A program made the translations under genes and the position numbers. From NCBI GenBank assembly GCA_963782055.1, contig CAWAIF010000003.1, forward strand, positions 1,248,001-1,312,000: DNA of 64,000 bases. Reading direction: 5' to 3'. Shown here in pieces: positions 1-10,782 of the stretch (positions are counted from its first letter, which is position 1; the number at the start of each line of letters is the position of its first letter). This stretch comes from an uncultured delta proteobacterium. Lineage in GTDB: Bacteria; Myxococcota_A; Polyangia; Polyangiales; Polyangiaceae. The notes under the pieces were generated by a model. That model was given only the letters and a program-made list of their open reading frames with translations, was not told the DNA's origin and searched no databases.

Positions 1-815
1 CGGCCCTCCTCGCGAGCGGCTGCGGGCTGGCGAGCCTGACCTCCGCCGGCATCGGCGGGGACGGCGGGGGCTACGACGCCGGGGGCATGGATGTGGCGGC
101 CGACGGCGCCACCCTCACGCCGGACGCCGGCGTTCTGCCCCCCAAGGGCAACACTCTCTGCCACGACGACCCGAGCACCTGCATGCCGGACAAGGCGGGG
201 TGCGCGCTGCCCGAAGACGCCGGCGTCAGCTCCACGGCCGACGCCGGGGATGCCGGGCCGGGCAGCGCGTGCCGGGTGATGCTGGGCGACGCCAGCACCG
301 CCGCGCCGGTGTGCGGCGTCGCGGGGCAGAACCAGGACGGCGAGCCATGCACCACCGGCGACGACTGCGCTGCCGGCTTCGAGTGCGTGGGGTCCCCCGG
401 TCGCTGCCGCCACTACTGCTGCGACTCGAGCGCGTGTGCCACGCTGGACAACGGCAACACGCTGAAGAAGCACTTCTGCGACGTGGCGTCGGAGGCGGAG
501 CACACCAACGTGAAGGTGCCGGTGTGCCAGGTGGTGCAGCCGTGCACGCTGCTCGCTGGCGGGTGCGATCAGGGCTTCACCTGCGCGCTCGTCGACATCA
601 ACGACGGCACGACGAGCTGCGTCCCCCTCGGCCCGGCGAAGGCCGGCCAGGAGTGCGGCGCGGAGCACTGCGGCAGGGACCTGAGCTGCATCGGCGAGGG
701 GCAGGCGGCGACGTGCCAGCAGCTCTGCGACAACTACCACCCGTGCCCGGGCGACCAGCAGTGCATGTCGTCGTGGCCGAGCTTGAAGCAGCTGGGCGTG
801 GGCATCTGCCAGTGA
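1..815 (+). CDS. Cys-rich lipoprotein (5'-partial)
   Basis: The frame of ORF 87..815 stays open to the window start (ALLASGCGL, lipobox-like). DAG-rich linker followed by many Cys-patterned modules (GEPCTTGDDCAAGFEC). Confidence 0.75.
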   Translation, partial: ALLASGCGLASLTSAGIGGDGGGYDAGGMDVAADGATLTPDAGVLPPKGNTLCHDDPSTCMPDKAGCALPEDAGVSSTADAGDAGPGSACRVMLGDASTAAPVCGVAGQNQDGEPCTTGDDCAAGFECVGSPGRCRHYCCDSSACATLDNGNTLKKHFCDVASEAEHTNVKVPVCQVVQPCTLLAGGCDQGFTCALVDINDGTTSCVPLGPAKAGQECGAEHCGRDLSCIGEGQAATCQQLCDNYHPCPGDQQCMSSWPSLKQLGVGICQ

Positions 816-829
816 CGTCGGCTGTCGCG

Positions 830-849
830 GGGGCGGCACGCGCCGCCCC
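830..849. terminator. GC-rich hairpin between convergent genes
   Basis: GGGGCGGC-ACGC-GCCGCCCC inverted repeat between stops at 815 and 897. No U-tract. Confidence 0.3.
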
Positions 850-896
850 GCCCTCATGAAGTGAGTTCCTTGATGGGGTCGGGGGGGGGTGAGGCG

Positions 897-2717
897 TCAC
901 TTCGGGACGGGGACGACCACGACGGTGTTGATCGGCTGGACGCTCATGCCGGCCGGGTAACCGTAGCTGACCGCCTGCGTGTAGAAGTTCGTCGTCGCCG
1001 CGGAGCCCCAGCCCCACACGGTGACACCGAAGGTGCCGTCGCTCTTGATGTCGTGGCGGCCGTTGTCACACTTGCCCACCTTGGCGAAGTTGCCGGTGAC
1101 CAGGTCGATCCGCGTGTACTCGTAATCGCCGGCGGAGCCGACGGGCTGCCAGCCCGTGAGCGTGCCGGCGCAGTCCAGCGTGACGTCCTTGAAGGTGGCG
1201 TCCTTCGCCTTGCGGCGCACCACCACCAGGTGCGTCTCGGAGTACGTCGGGTCGGTGAAGAAGGTGTAGTGGTCCAGGTACTGGAGCGCCGGCACCACGT
1301 TGACGAACTCGGGATCGCCGCGGCAGTCGGAGCCGCTCCAGTACGGGGTGCAGCCCGTCATGTACTGCGCGACGTAGAAGGGATGCTTGTCGTCCTGGCT
1401 CTTGACCACGTACGGGCCGGTGCCCTGGAACTCTGCGAGCTGGCCGACGTCCAGCGTGGTGGGCGCGCCCGGAGGCGTCGACGGCTCCCAGGTGAGCTGC
1501 GTCCCCTTGACCGCACCCACCAGTCGCCACGGCGGCGACTCGTCCTTCCCGCTGTAGCGGTTGCGATAGCGAACGAGCACGTACTCGCTGCCGAGCGCCT
1601 TGACCGGCGGGATCTGCTGGTGCGCGCCGTCACACGCCTGCGCGGTCGTCGGCACGTCCATGCACGACGTCCCACCGAAGAAGCCGATGGGCTTGGTGGC
1701 CTGGATGGGCGAGCCGGTGAGCTCCGCCTGCTGGTAGAACTCCAGGAACTGGCCCTTGTTGAGGCTGTAGGTGTGAGGCACGCCCTGGCCGGTCGGCGCC
1801 ACGCCGTTGCCGCCGACGATGGCGGCCGTCGGGCTGATGGTGACGTCGGTGTTGTCCTCCGAGGCGACGATCATCGACCACGGCTGCGACCACGTCTGAC
1901 CGACGCTCTTGTACGCGTCCGCCGCGATGTAGTTGGTGTCCCACGCGGTGGTGGGAAGCAAGAGGGTGGCGCTGGTGATGGCGCTGTTGCCCCCGCCGTA
2001 CGGGTAGATGTCGTAGGCGACGACGGGTGCGCTGGTGGACAGGTGGAACGCCTGCCCGATGCCGGAGCCGTGGAGCGTCGGGTCGGTCTGCATCGCCGGC
2101 GTCACCGTGTTCGGGCAAGGCGAGAGGGTGCCGCCGGGGCCCTGCGAGAGGAAGACGATGGCGACCTGGCCGGCGGGGAGCTGCCCGTTCGGCAGCGCGG
2201 TGTAGGTGATGGATTGCCCGTTGCCGGAGGGGATGCGCGCCGCGCTCGCGATGTCGAGGGTGGAGCCGCCGCGTTCGAGGCCCAGCGTGATGGGAGAGCC
2301 CCACGTGTTGGCGACGAAGGTGGCGAAGCAGTTGCCAGCCCAGTTGGCGTAGCTCGCGTCCGGCGCGGGGATCCAGTAGTCGCAGCCGATGGTGGTCTTG
2401 TTCGCCTCGGCGGCCTTGCATGCGTCCACGCACTTCCCGCCGGCGCAGCCCTGGGTGTTGGGGCAGGTGGTGATGACCTTGTCGTTGCAGTCGACCACCG
2501 AGTGAAGGTCGCTGGAGCAGTGCAGGTCGCAGGACAATCCGTCGCCCGAGGCGTCGTTGGGGAAGAAGGGGTTCGCGTCGTCGGGGGGCGTCGTGGCGTC
2601 GCTCACGGCGCCGTCGGCGCCGCCATCGACGCCGAAGCCGGAGCCGTCGGAGCCACCGCAGGCAACGAGGAGCAAGGAGGCGAGGGAGAGGACGGCGGGA
2701 AGGAAGCGACGGCGCAT
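897..2717 (-). CDS. IgGFc-binding-protein N-terminal-domain lipoprotein
   Basis: Signal MRRRFLPAVLSLASLLLVAC. Motifs SATLLLPTTAWDTNY, IVASEDNTDVTI, LTGSPIQATKPIGFFGG, GDPEFVNVVP and terminal SYGYPAG are typical of the family. Confidence 0.8.
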   Translation of the reverse strand: MRRRFLPAVLSLASLLLVACGGSDGSGFGVDGGADGAVSDATTPPDDANPFFPNDASGDGLSCDLHCSSDLHSVVDCNDKVITTCPNTQGCAGGKCVDACKAAEANKTTIGCDYWIPAPDASYANWAGNCFATFVANTWGSPITLGLERGGSTLDIASAARIPSGNGQSITYTALPNGQLPAGQVAIVFLSQGPGGTLSPCPNTVTPAMQTDPTLHGSGIGQAFHLSTSAPVVAYDIYPYGGGNSAITSATLLLPTTAWDTNYIAADAYKSVGQTWSQPWSMIVASEDNTDVTISPTAAIVGGNGVAPTGQGVPHTYSLNKGQFLEFYQQAELTGSPIQATKPIGFFGGTSCMDVPTTAQACDGAHQQIPPVKALGSEYVLVRYRNRYSGKDESPPWRLVGAVKGTQLTWEPSTPPGAPTTLDVGQLAEFQGTGPYVVKSQDDKHPFYVAQYMTGCTPYWSGSDCRGDPEFVNVVPALQYLDHYTFFTDPTYSETHLVVVRRKAKDATFKDVTLDCAGTLTGWQPVGSAGDYEYTRIDLVTGNFAKVGKCDNGRHDIKSDGTFGVTVWGWGSAATTNFYTQAVSYGYPAGMSVQPINTVVVVPVPK

Positions 2718-2806
2718 CGTCGCATTGTAGGCCGCGAGCCGACGCCATCCAAGCATCGCCCCCCGGCCACGCCTTCCAGGTGGCCACGCCTCCATCGGTG
2801 TGCGTG

Positions 2807-3082
2807 CTAACGGTTCGACGGTTGGCGGCCGGTCTCGATGGGTGGGGGGTCGCCGCGCGTGGGGAAGGGCTCGAGCGGGCCCGCGCCCGGCGGGAGGCAC
2901 GCCACGATGGGCAGGTGGTCCTTCCCGAAGATGTAGGTGCATCCGGCCGACAGCGGCGTCCCCTGCGGCTGTCCGGCGTCGGCGGCAGACCCCTGGAAGG
3001 TGCCAGTCGGCGGCGGCGGATCATCCTCCACGGCCACCGCGCACCCCGTGAGCATCAGCAACAGCACAAGATACAGCTTCAC
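2807..3082 (-). CDS. Small lipoprotein, hypothetical
   Basis: GTG start with GAGG RBS. MKLYLVLLLMLTGC lipobox. Confidence 0.55.
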   Translation of the reverse strand: MKLYLVLLLMLTGCAVAVEDDPPPPTGTFQGSAADAGQPQGTPLSAGCTYIFGKDHLPIVACLPPGAGPLEPFPTRGDPPPIETGRQPSNR

Positions 3083-3169
3083 GACTACCTCGCTTTCGGG
3101 GTGCTTCGGCCTCCTCCCCCCACGCCGGTGCGGGTCACGCGTCACTTCCGCGCCGATGGTCCAGGTACC

Positions 3170-3185
3170 TTCATCGACCGTGCCA
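3170..3185 (-). promoter_or_regulatory. sigma54-like promoter (variant -12) for the small lipoprotein
   Basis: Minus strand TGGCACGGTCGATGAA: canonical TGGCACG -24 box with GG-N10-GA. Confidence 0.4.
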
Positions 3186-3408
3186 CGCGCGATTCGCGCC
3201 GGGCGAGGCGAACAAACCGGCGGCAGATCGGGGCGATGCCGCTCGGCGGCAGGGATGGCGAACCGGCGCGTCGGGCCGCAGACCGCAGTGGCTGCGTCGC
3301 ACCGCACCGTGTGCAGAAGTGCCCCGGCGTACCTCGCAGGGGTGGCCCGGGACAGTCAGGGGGACACCCCTGACAGGGCCGCAAGCGGCCTTTCCCGGCG
3401 TTCTGGCG

Positions 3409-3425
3409 CGGCACTCCGCGTGCAC
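3409..3425 (+). promoter_or_regulatory. sigma54-like promoter upstream of radC
   Basis: CGGCACTCCGCGTGCAC, GG-N10-GC spacing, just upstream of ATG 3437. Confidence 0.45.
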
Positions 3426-3436
3426 TACGGCTCGGG

Positions 3437-4141
3437 ATGCAGACCGACCATGGCGAAGGACCGCGCGAGCGCGCGCGGCAGCGGCCCCCCGGCGACCTCA
3501 GCGACGCAGAGCTCCTCGCGCTCCTGCTCGGCACGGGCTCCCGCGGGGAGTCGGTGGAGCAGCTCGCGGTGGCCGTCCTGGCCGAGCACGGCGGCCTGCG
3601 CGGCGTGGCGCGCGCGGGCGTGGGCGCGCTCTGCGCGAGGCCCGGCGTGGGCGAGGTGAAGGGCCTGCGCGTGGTCGCCGCCGTGGAGCTCGGGCGTCGC
3701 GTCGCCGCGGAGCCTGCCGCGCTCGGGTGGCTGCCGGACAGCCGCGCGGTGCACGCGTGGGCGCAGGGCACCCTCACCGCGCTGGAGCACGAGGAGCTGT
3801 GGCTCCTCGCGCTGGACGGGCAGAACCGCATGCGCGCGGCGCGTCGCGTGGCGGTGGGCGGCCTCCACGGCCTCCACGTCTCGGTGCGCGATCCGCTGCG
3901 CATCGCCCTGCGGGAGGGGGCGAGCGCGTTCGTCCTGGTGCACAACCACCCGAGCGGCGATCCCTCGCCCAGCCGGGAGGACCTGCACTTCACCGAGCAG
4001 GTCGCCGCAGCGGCGGAGCTGCTCGCGACGCCGCTGGTCGATCACGTGGTCGTCGTGCCCGCCGGCTATCGCTCCCTTCTGGACGACGGCCTGCTCGCCG
4101 TCTCCCCCTCCGGTCCGCGCCGTGTCAGCCGAAGAGGGTGA
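3437..4141 (+). CDS. radC: RadC/UPF0758 JAB-domain protein
   Basis: GPRER..LSDAELLALLLGTG N-terminus and HNHPSGDPSPSRED..DHVV JAB motif. Confidence 0.92.
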   Translation: MQTDHGEGPRERARQRPPGDLSDAELLALLLGTGSRGESVEQLAVAVLAEHGGLRGVARAGVGALCARPGVGEVKGLRVVAAVELGRRVAAEPAALGWLPDSRAVHAWAQGTLTALEHEELWLLALDGQNRMRAARRVAVGGLHGLHVSVRDPLRIALREGASAFVLVHNHPSGDPSPSREDLHFTEQVAAAAELLATPLVDHVVVVPAGYRSLLDDGLLAVSPSGPRRVSRRG

Positions 4142-7100
4142 GCTGTCGCTTCGCCGGCGCGGGGTGGCACAGCCCGACGTAGCCGCAGTGGATCGCCCGG
4201 CACCGCGCCTCGGGGACGCGCGGGTAGTTCTCGCTCTGCCGGGCGGCGAGGAGCGCCCGCACGTCCGCCTCGATGGCGGCGCGGGCACGCGCCTCGTCCG
4301 GCGCGGCCACGAAGCGCGGCTCCTCCGCGTCCCCTCCGAGGAAGAGCACGCCGGCGCGCACCTTCCGGGCGCCCAGGACCGCCCGCGCGGCGAGCGCGTA
4401 GACGTCCAGCTGCAGCGCGTGCGCCGCGACGCTCGGCCCGCGGGAGCGCTTGTAGTCCACGACGTCGGCGCGTCCGTCCGGCCAGAGCACCACCAGGTCC
4501 ATCACGCCTCGCAGGGTGACGCGTGGCTCCCCCGCCCCCACCTCCAGGGCGAACGGCTCCTCGCGGCGCAGCGCCGCGCCCGCCTCCCGCACGCGCCGCG
4601 CGTAGGCGCCGCGGAGGAACCGGCTCGCGCGCTGCACCACCGGCGCCAGCGCCGGATCGGCGGCGTCCAGCCCCTCGCGCGAGAGCACCTCGGCGATCGC
4701 CTCGCTGGCATCCCCGGCCCCGAAGGCCTGTGTGTCCACGCGCTCGAGCACGCGGTGCGTGAGCACGCCCTCGTCGCGCGCGTCGAGGCCGGCCGGCTCC
4801 GTCGCCTGGGGCGCCGGCTGGGGTCCCCCGCGCCGCGCGCCCTCCGGGAGGTCGAGCAGATGCGCCAGGTAGAAGCGCCGCGGACACAGGGAGAAGTCCT
4901 GCAGCGTGGTCGTCGCCACCGCCACCGCCGCAGCCGTCGCCGGGGTCGGGCCGAGCTCTGCGGCCGGCATGGCGACTGTCGCGGCCCGCCGGAGCGCAGG
5001 CGCCTCCGGGTCGAGAGGCGTCGTCTCGCGCACCTCCATCGCGTCGCCCGCCGGGCCGTCCTCCACCTCGCTCGCCACCGCGCCGAGGCAGCCGCCTCGC
5101 GTCCGGGCGGGGGTGGACTTGGCGTCGCCGACGAGCACCAGCCACGACTCCGCCCGCGTGAGCGCCACGTAGAACAGCCGTCGGCGCTCGGCGCGCGCGC
5201 GTCGCCGGTCCGCCTCCAGCAGCTCCCGGTACGTCGGGCTCTCCTGCGGGTCCCCCTCCAGGTCGAGGAACTTGGTCGCCAGCACCGGCGGGTCGGCGGT
5301 CAGGTCGAGGGCGACGGTGGTGGAGCGCGCGCGCCCCCCGGTGCGCGGCAGGTCGGGGACGATCACCGACGGGGAAGGCGAGCCCCTTGCTCGCGTGCAC
5401 CGTGAGGAGTCGCACCGCGTCGTCGTCCTCGGAGAAGGTGGCGGCCTCCGTCTCGCGCTCGCGCGCCTCCCCGCGTCGCACCTGCTCCAGGAAGGCCTCC
5501 ACGTCCGGCTGGGCGTCGGCGAGCAGAAGCAGCTTGTGCACGTTGGCGATGCGCTGCACCCCACGGGGCATGGCGACCAGCGTGCGCTCCAGCCCCAGCT
5601 CGCTCACCGCCGCACGCAGCACGCCCCCCGGGCCCAGCCGGTGCACGTTGCGCCGCAAGGTGACGAGCACGTCGCGCAGCCGCTCCAGCGCCTCCCGGTC
5701 GGAGGCCCGGAGGAGCGCCGCGCGCGAGCCCGCGCCCCACGCGCCGGGGTCGGTCGCCAGTCCGCGATGCGGCTCGGTCAGCCCGAGCAGCGAGTCGTCG
5801 TGGAGCGCGGCGAAGGGCCCGCGGAGCACGCCGACGAGCGCCACGCGATCGTCCGGGCGCGCCACCGCGCGCAGCATCGCCAGCACGTCCTGCACCTCGC
5901 GCGCGGCGTAGAAGCCGCGACCGGCGACGACGTGTGGCACCGCCGCGCGGGAGAGCGCCCACGCCGCCGCGTCGAGCGTGGCGTTGGACTGGGCCAGCAC
6001 GGCGAAGTCGCGGAAGGCGAGGGGCCCGCCGTCGCGCCGCCGCTCCCCACCCTCCAGCAGCGCGCGGACGGCCTGCACGACGAGCAGCGCGTCGTCGGTG
6101 CGCTCGGTGTCGGCGGCCTTCCCGTCCCTTCGCGCGGGCCGCAGCCACAGCGTGTGGGGGCCGCCATCGGCTTCGGGCGGTGCGCCCGGCGGGACCGAGA
6201 GCTCCTCGGTCTCGGGCACGTAGCGCACCTCGGAGAGGTCGTCGGACTCCGGCACCAGGCACACCGCGCTCGCCGCGTTGACGAACCGCAGCAGCGCGGG
6301 TCCGCTGCGGTGGCTGTGCTTGAGCGCGACGAAGTCCGCCGTGGGCGCCGGCGGGGAGGGGACGGCCCCCGCGGCGATCCCCAGCCCGGCGCGCGCGGCC
6401 TCGCCCGCCAGCTCCACGCACATGGCGGAGAAGACGCCGACGTCGGCGCCGCGGAAGGCGTAGATGGACTGCTTGCGATCGCCCACGACCAGCATGCCGG
6501 ACGGGCGAAAGTCGCCCCACGCCGGCGCGGCGCCCGGCGCCCGCGAGGCGGGGTCGCGCTCCCAGAGCAGCCGGACGATGTCGCACTGCACGCGTGACGT
6601 GTCCTGGAACTCGTCGACCAGCAGCACGTCGTAGCGCGCGGTCACCTCCGCGGCTCGCCTGGGGTGATGGAGCAGGGCGTCGCGGGCGGCTCGCAGCACC
6701 GCGCCGAAGCCGAGCACGCCGGCGCGCGCGTAGGCCTGCCGCAGCGCGCGCTCCCCCTGGGCGAGCACCGCGCGCACCACCCGCGCCGTCGCGGCGGCCT
6801 GGTCGCGCGCCCCCCACGCCCGGCCGAGCGCCTCCCCGCGGGCGTGGTTCGCCCCGGAGCCCGCCTCGTCGCGGAGCTGGAGCAGGTGCTCGACCTCCGC
6901 GCTCAGCTCGCCCCGCGGCTTGCGCACGTCGAACAGCGCCCCCAGCGCCGCGGCGAGCGCGGGCCCATCGCCGGCCGCGTGGGCGCGCACGGCTTCGCCG
7001 GCCGGAACGGCGAAGCGCGGGTCACCGGCCACCCCCCGCGCGGCGTCCACCACTCGCGCCGTGCGCGCCTCGATGCGCGCGGCGTCGTCCGCCACGCACA

Positions 7101-7743
7101 CCGCCTCCGCGCTGCGCCCGTCCTCCTCGAGGCGCGTCAGCAGCTCCACCACCAGGTCCACCCCCCGAACCGAGCCGCGTGCGACGCGCAGGAAATCGCG
7201 CACGGCCTCCGGCTGCTCGCGCGCGACGGCGCCGAGCGCGTCCTCGGCGGCCTCCCTGATCATGCGCTCGCCTTCCTCTTCCCCGGCGAGGCCGAAGCCG
7301 GGGGGGAGCCCCAGCTCGATCGCGTGCGCACGGGCGATCGCGTGGGCGAAGCCGTGCAGCGTCCCGATCTGCGCCCGGCCGATGCCGGCCAGCGCCCTCC
7401 GGGCGGTGTCGCGCACCACCCGCCCTCCGTCCGGCGCGCCGCCGCGCCCGAGCGCCGCGGTGAGCGACGCCGCGTAAGGTGAGGCCTCGCCCCCCGCGAG
7501 GTGCCCGAGCTGGCGCACCACGCGCTCGCGGATCTCCGCGGCCGCCTTGCGCGAGAAGGTCGTCGCCACCACGCGCGCGGGGTCCACCGGCGCGCGGGGC
7601 CCCTCGCCGCCCATCTCGCTCGCGCCGAGCAGCACGTGGAGCAGCACCCCGACGAGCGCGTGCGTCTTGCCGGTGCCGGCGCTCGCGGCGAGCACCAGGT
7701 TCCGGCGAAAGCGAAAGACGTCGTGGGCCGGCGCCGCGCTCAT
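4125..7743 (-). pseudogene. addA: AddA/UvrD-like ATP-dependent helicase-nuclease, frameshifted near 5366-5370 (real or sequencing error)
   Basis: ASAGTGKT, LVDEFQDT, VGDRKQSIYAFRGAD and TVHASKGL lie in one frame. FYVALTRA and GVMDL..VVDYK nuclease motifs lie in another frame (ORF 4125..5564). ATGA overlap with the addB stop. Confidence 0.85.
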
Positions 7744-10700
7744 TCGTCGGCGTCTCCCAGCATCCCGATGGCGAAGCGCGGGCGGCGGCATGCCGCGTCG
7801 AAGGGGCAGTGCGTGCAGGCCTGCTCCGGGTGCGGGTACGGCGCGAGCATGCCGTGCCGCACGCGACGCGTCACCTTCAGGATGCGCTTCTCGAGCTGCG
7901 TCGCGCCGTCCTCCTCCTGGAAGAGCTCGCGGTAGCGCCGCTGGAACCCGGAGTACGCCGGGCGCTCCGGGTTCTTGGTGAGAAGGTACTCGCCCTCGTG
8001 CTCCGGCACGCCCAGGCGCGTCGCCGCGACGTGCGCGTAGACCGGGACCTGCAGCGTCGTCTTGCCCACCTCGTCGCCGGAGCCCGAGCTCGCCCGGTGC
8101 TTGTAGTCCACCACGTGCACCGCCGCGCGCAGGTGCCCCTGGTCGATGCGATCGATCTTGCCGCGGAGGCTCACCCGCTCCGCGCCCTCGCCGAGCGTCC
8201 AGGCCGGCCACGCGTCCCCCTCCGAGCCGAAGGACTGCTCCGCCATCAAGAAGTCCCACTCCTCGTCGCCGGCGGCGAGGCGCACCACGCGCATCGCCTC
8301 GTCGCGGATGCGCGCGAGCGTGGCGTCGCGCACCGGCTGGCCCGACACCGAGAGCGCCGTCGTCACCGCCGCCTCGGCGCCGGCGAGGATGGCCGCGACG
8401 TCGCGCGGGCGCGCCGGCCAGAGCGCGCGCGTCGCCTCGAAGGCGGCGCGGAGCGCCTCGTGCACGATCGTGCCTTCCTCGCGGCCGTCCGGCGTGTCGG
8501 TGGCGAGCTCGGCGTCGCGCGCCCCGAGCACCTGCGCGGCGAACCCCTGGAAGGGGCAGCGCGCGAGCCGCTCCAGCGCGGTCACCGAGAGCGGACGGGA
8601 GCCCCCGCCCGTCTCCGTCTCGAGCACCACGCGCAGCGCCGGGTCGTCCGGGAGCGCGCCGCACGCCTGCGAGGGGTGCGCGAAGCTCGTGTGCCAGCGT
8701 TCGCGCTCCAGCTCGATGACGGTGCGGCGGGCGGCGGCGGGATCCACGTCGCCGGCGCGCTCCGGGAAGTGCGCCAGCAGGGAGAGCGCGCGCTCCTCCG
8801 GGGTGACCGCGCCGCCGAGCAGGGGCGAGGCGTGGGCCACCTGCGACGCGACGCCGCCGCGCTCCAGCCACGCCACCAGCGGCGCCGGCGCCAGCGGGGC
8901 GCCCGTCGCGTCGCGCAGCTTGTAGACGAGCACCACGCGCTCCGCCGCCGCCGCCGCGAGCGCCAGGGACGCCAGGTCGCGCCCCTCCAGCACCGCGCGC
9001 GGCACCAGCGCGCGCAGCGGGTCGCGCTCGGTGAACGCGCGCACCAGCCGATCCGACACCAGAATCGCCGTGCTCGGCGGGGGAGGGGATGGCGCCGTCC
9101 TCGGCGTCCAGCACCACCAGGAGATCGAGCGCGTCGCCCGCGACGTCGCCCGGCCGCCCGATGCGCACGGCGCCGAGACGCCCGGCTGTGGGCGGGGGCG
9201 CACCGCCCTCCAGCGCGCGGGCCAGCTCGTGACGGAAGGTGGCCGCCGAGCAGGCCTCGCCGCAGCGGGCGTCGCGCGCGGCATGCTCCACGGCACCCAG
9301 CGCCGCGTCCAGCACGTCCCACGCGTGAAAGTCACGCGCCACCGAGTGGAGCTCCGCCCGGGCGATGCCCCGCGCCGGTGTGTCCTGCGCGAGCCACGCC
9401 TTCGTCAGATCGCCCGGGCGCGGCTGCAGCCCGAACGCTCCCCAGAGCGCGCGCGCGGCCCGCGCATGGGCCACGCGCGATTGTGTGCAATCTACACGCA
9501 TGCACGCCGCCCCGATGCGCCGTGCCAGCGCGGCGCGGCCCTCGCGCGCGGCGGCGTCCTCCCACGGGCCGCGCGGTGCGGCCGCGGTGGCGGCGAGGCG
9601 ACTCACCGCGTCCTCCCCGGCGGCGGTCGGCGTGCGCTCCAGCACCGCCGCCAGATCGTCCAGCAGGCGACGCGCCACCCTCCCGCCGGCGACGTCGGTC
9701 AGCGTCCGGGCGTCCAGGTATCGCGAGCGGAGCATCCGCGCGACGCGCTCGCGCGGGAGGGAGGGCGCCAGCGCGAGGAGGTCCAGCGCGACCGAGACGA
9801 GCCCCGACGCGAGCGGCGCCGGCCCGCGCGCGTCGAAGGTGGGGACGCCGCCCTCGTCGAGCAGGCGGCGGAGCGGGGCGAGCGTGGCCTCGTCCAGGCG
9901 CGGGACCACCACCGCGACGCGATCGGTCCGGCCTCCGGCCGCGAGCGCCGCGTGCACCGCCAGCGCCGCGGCCCGCGCCTGCGCCCCGGCGTCGGCGGCG
10001 CGCCGGACGGAGACCCGCGTGCGCGTCGCCCCGGGTACCTCCCCGAGCAGGGTCAGGTCGCCGAGCACCGGCGCGACGAGGCCGGTCTCCGGCGCCTCGT
10101 CCAGCCGCAGCGCCAGGTCGTCCAGCAGCGTGTCGAGCGGATCGCGCTCGCGCGTGGCGTCGATCGGCTTGTCGAACGCGGGCAGCTCCACCACCGCGCG
10201 GCCGCCGGCGCGCGACAGCGCCGCGTCGAGCGCGCGCCACCACGCGACGTCCGCGGGGTCCCACCGGACGAGCAGCCGCGCGCGCAGGTGCCGCGCGCCC
10301 GCCGCCCGCGCCACGTCCTCCGGCTCCGCGCGGGCGAGGACGCGCGCCAGCCGTGTGCCCACCGCGCGCCCGTCGACCATGCCGCGCGCCTGGAGCGCAC
10401 CGTCGAGCGCGCGCAGCGCCACGCGCAGCCACCGGGCGCGCTCGCCGGCTGCGCCCTCCACCTGCGCCAGATCGTCGGCGTCCAGTCCGGCCGCGCGCAG
10501 CGCGCCGATGGCGTCGTCCACCGCGTCGAAGGTGCGCAGCATCGCCGCCTCGCCGCCCTCGGTCTTGCTCGCGAAGCCCAGCGCGTCGTGTGCGGCCTCC
10601 CACAACACCATGCGCGTGGCCTCCGGACCGGCCACCCGCACCGTCGGACCGAGCGCGGCGTGGAGCGCGTCGCGCAGCCGCCCCCGCGTGATCGCCCGCT

Positions 10701-10782
10701 GCCCGCTCTGCGCGGCGCGCTCCACGTGGCGCTCGGTCGGCACCACCAGCAGCGCAGGGCCGCCCCACGGCGGCGCGGTCAA
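7740..10782 (-). pseudogene. addB: AddB-like PD-(D/E)XK nuclease subunit, frameshifted near 9079-9088 (real or sequencing error)
   Basis: TTG start overlaps the slt stop. N-terminal helicase-like region in one frame. SVTALERLARCPFQ, RGKIDRID..VVDYK and CTHCPFDAAC in ORF 7740..9335. Confidence 0.8.

Noticed and set aside
3437..10782. radC plus helicase/nuclease as an anti-phage defence island
   Set aside because: Full-length chromosomal-type radC and AddAB-type genes in a housekeeping context, convergently transcribed.
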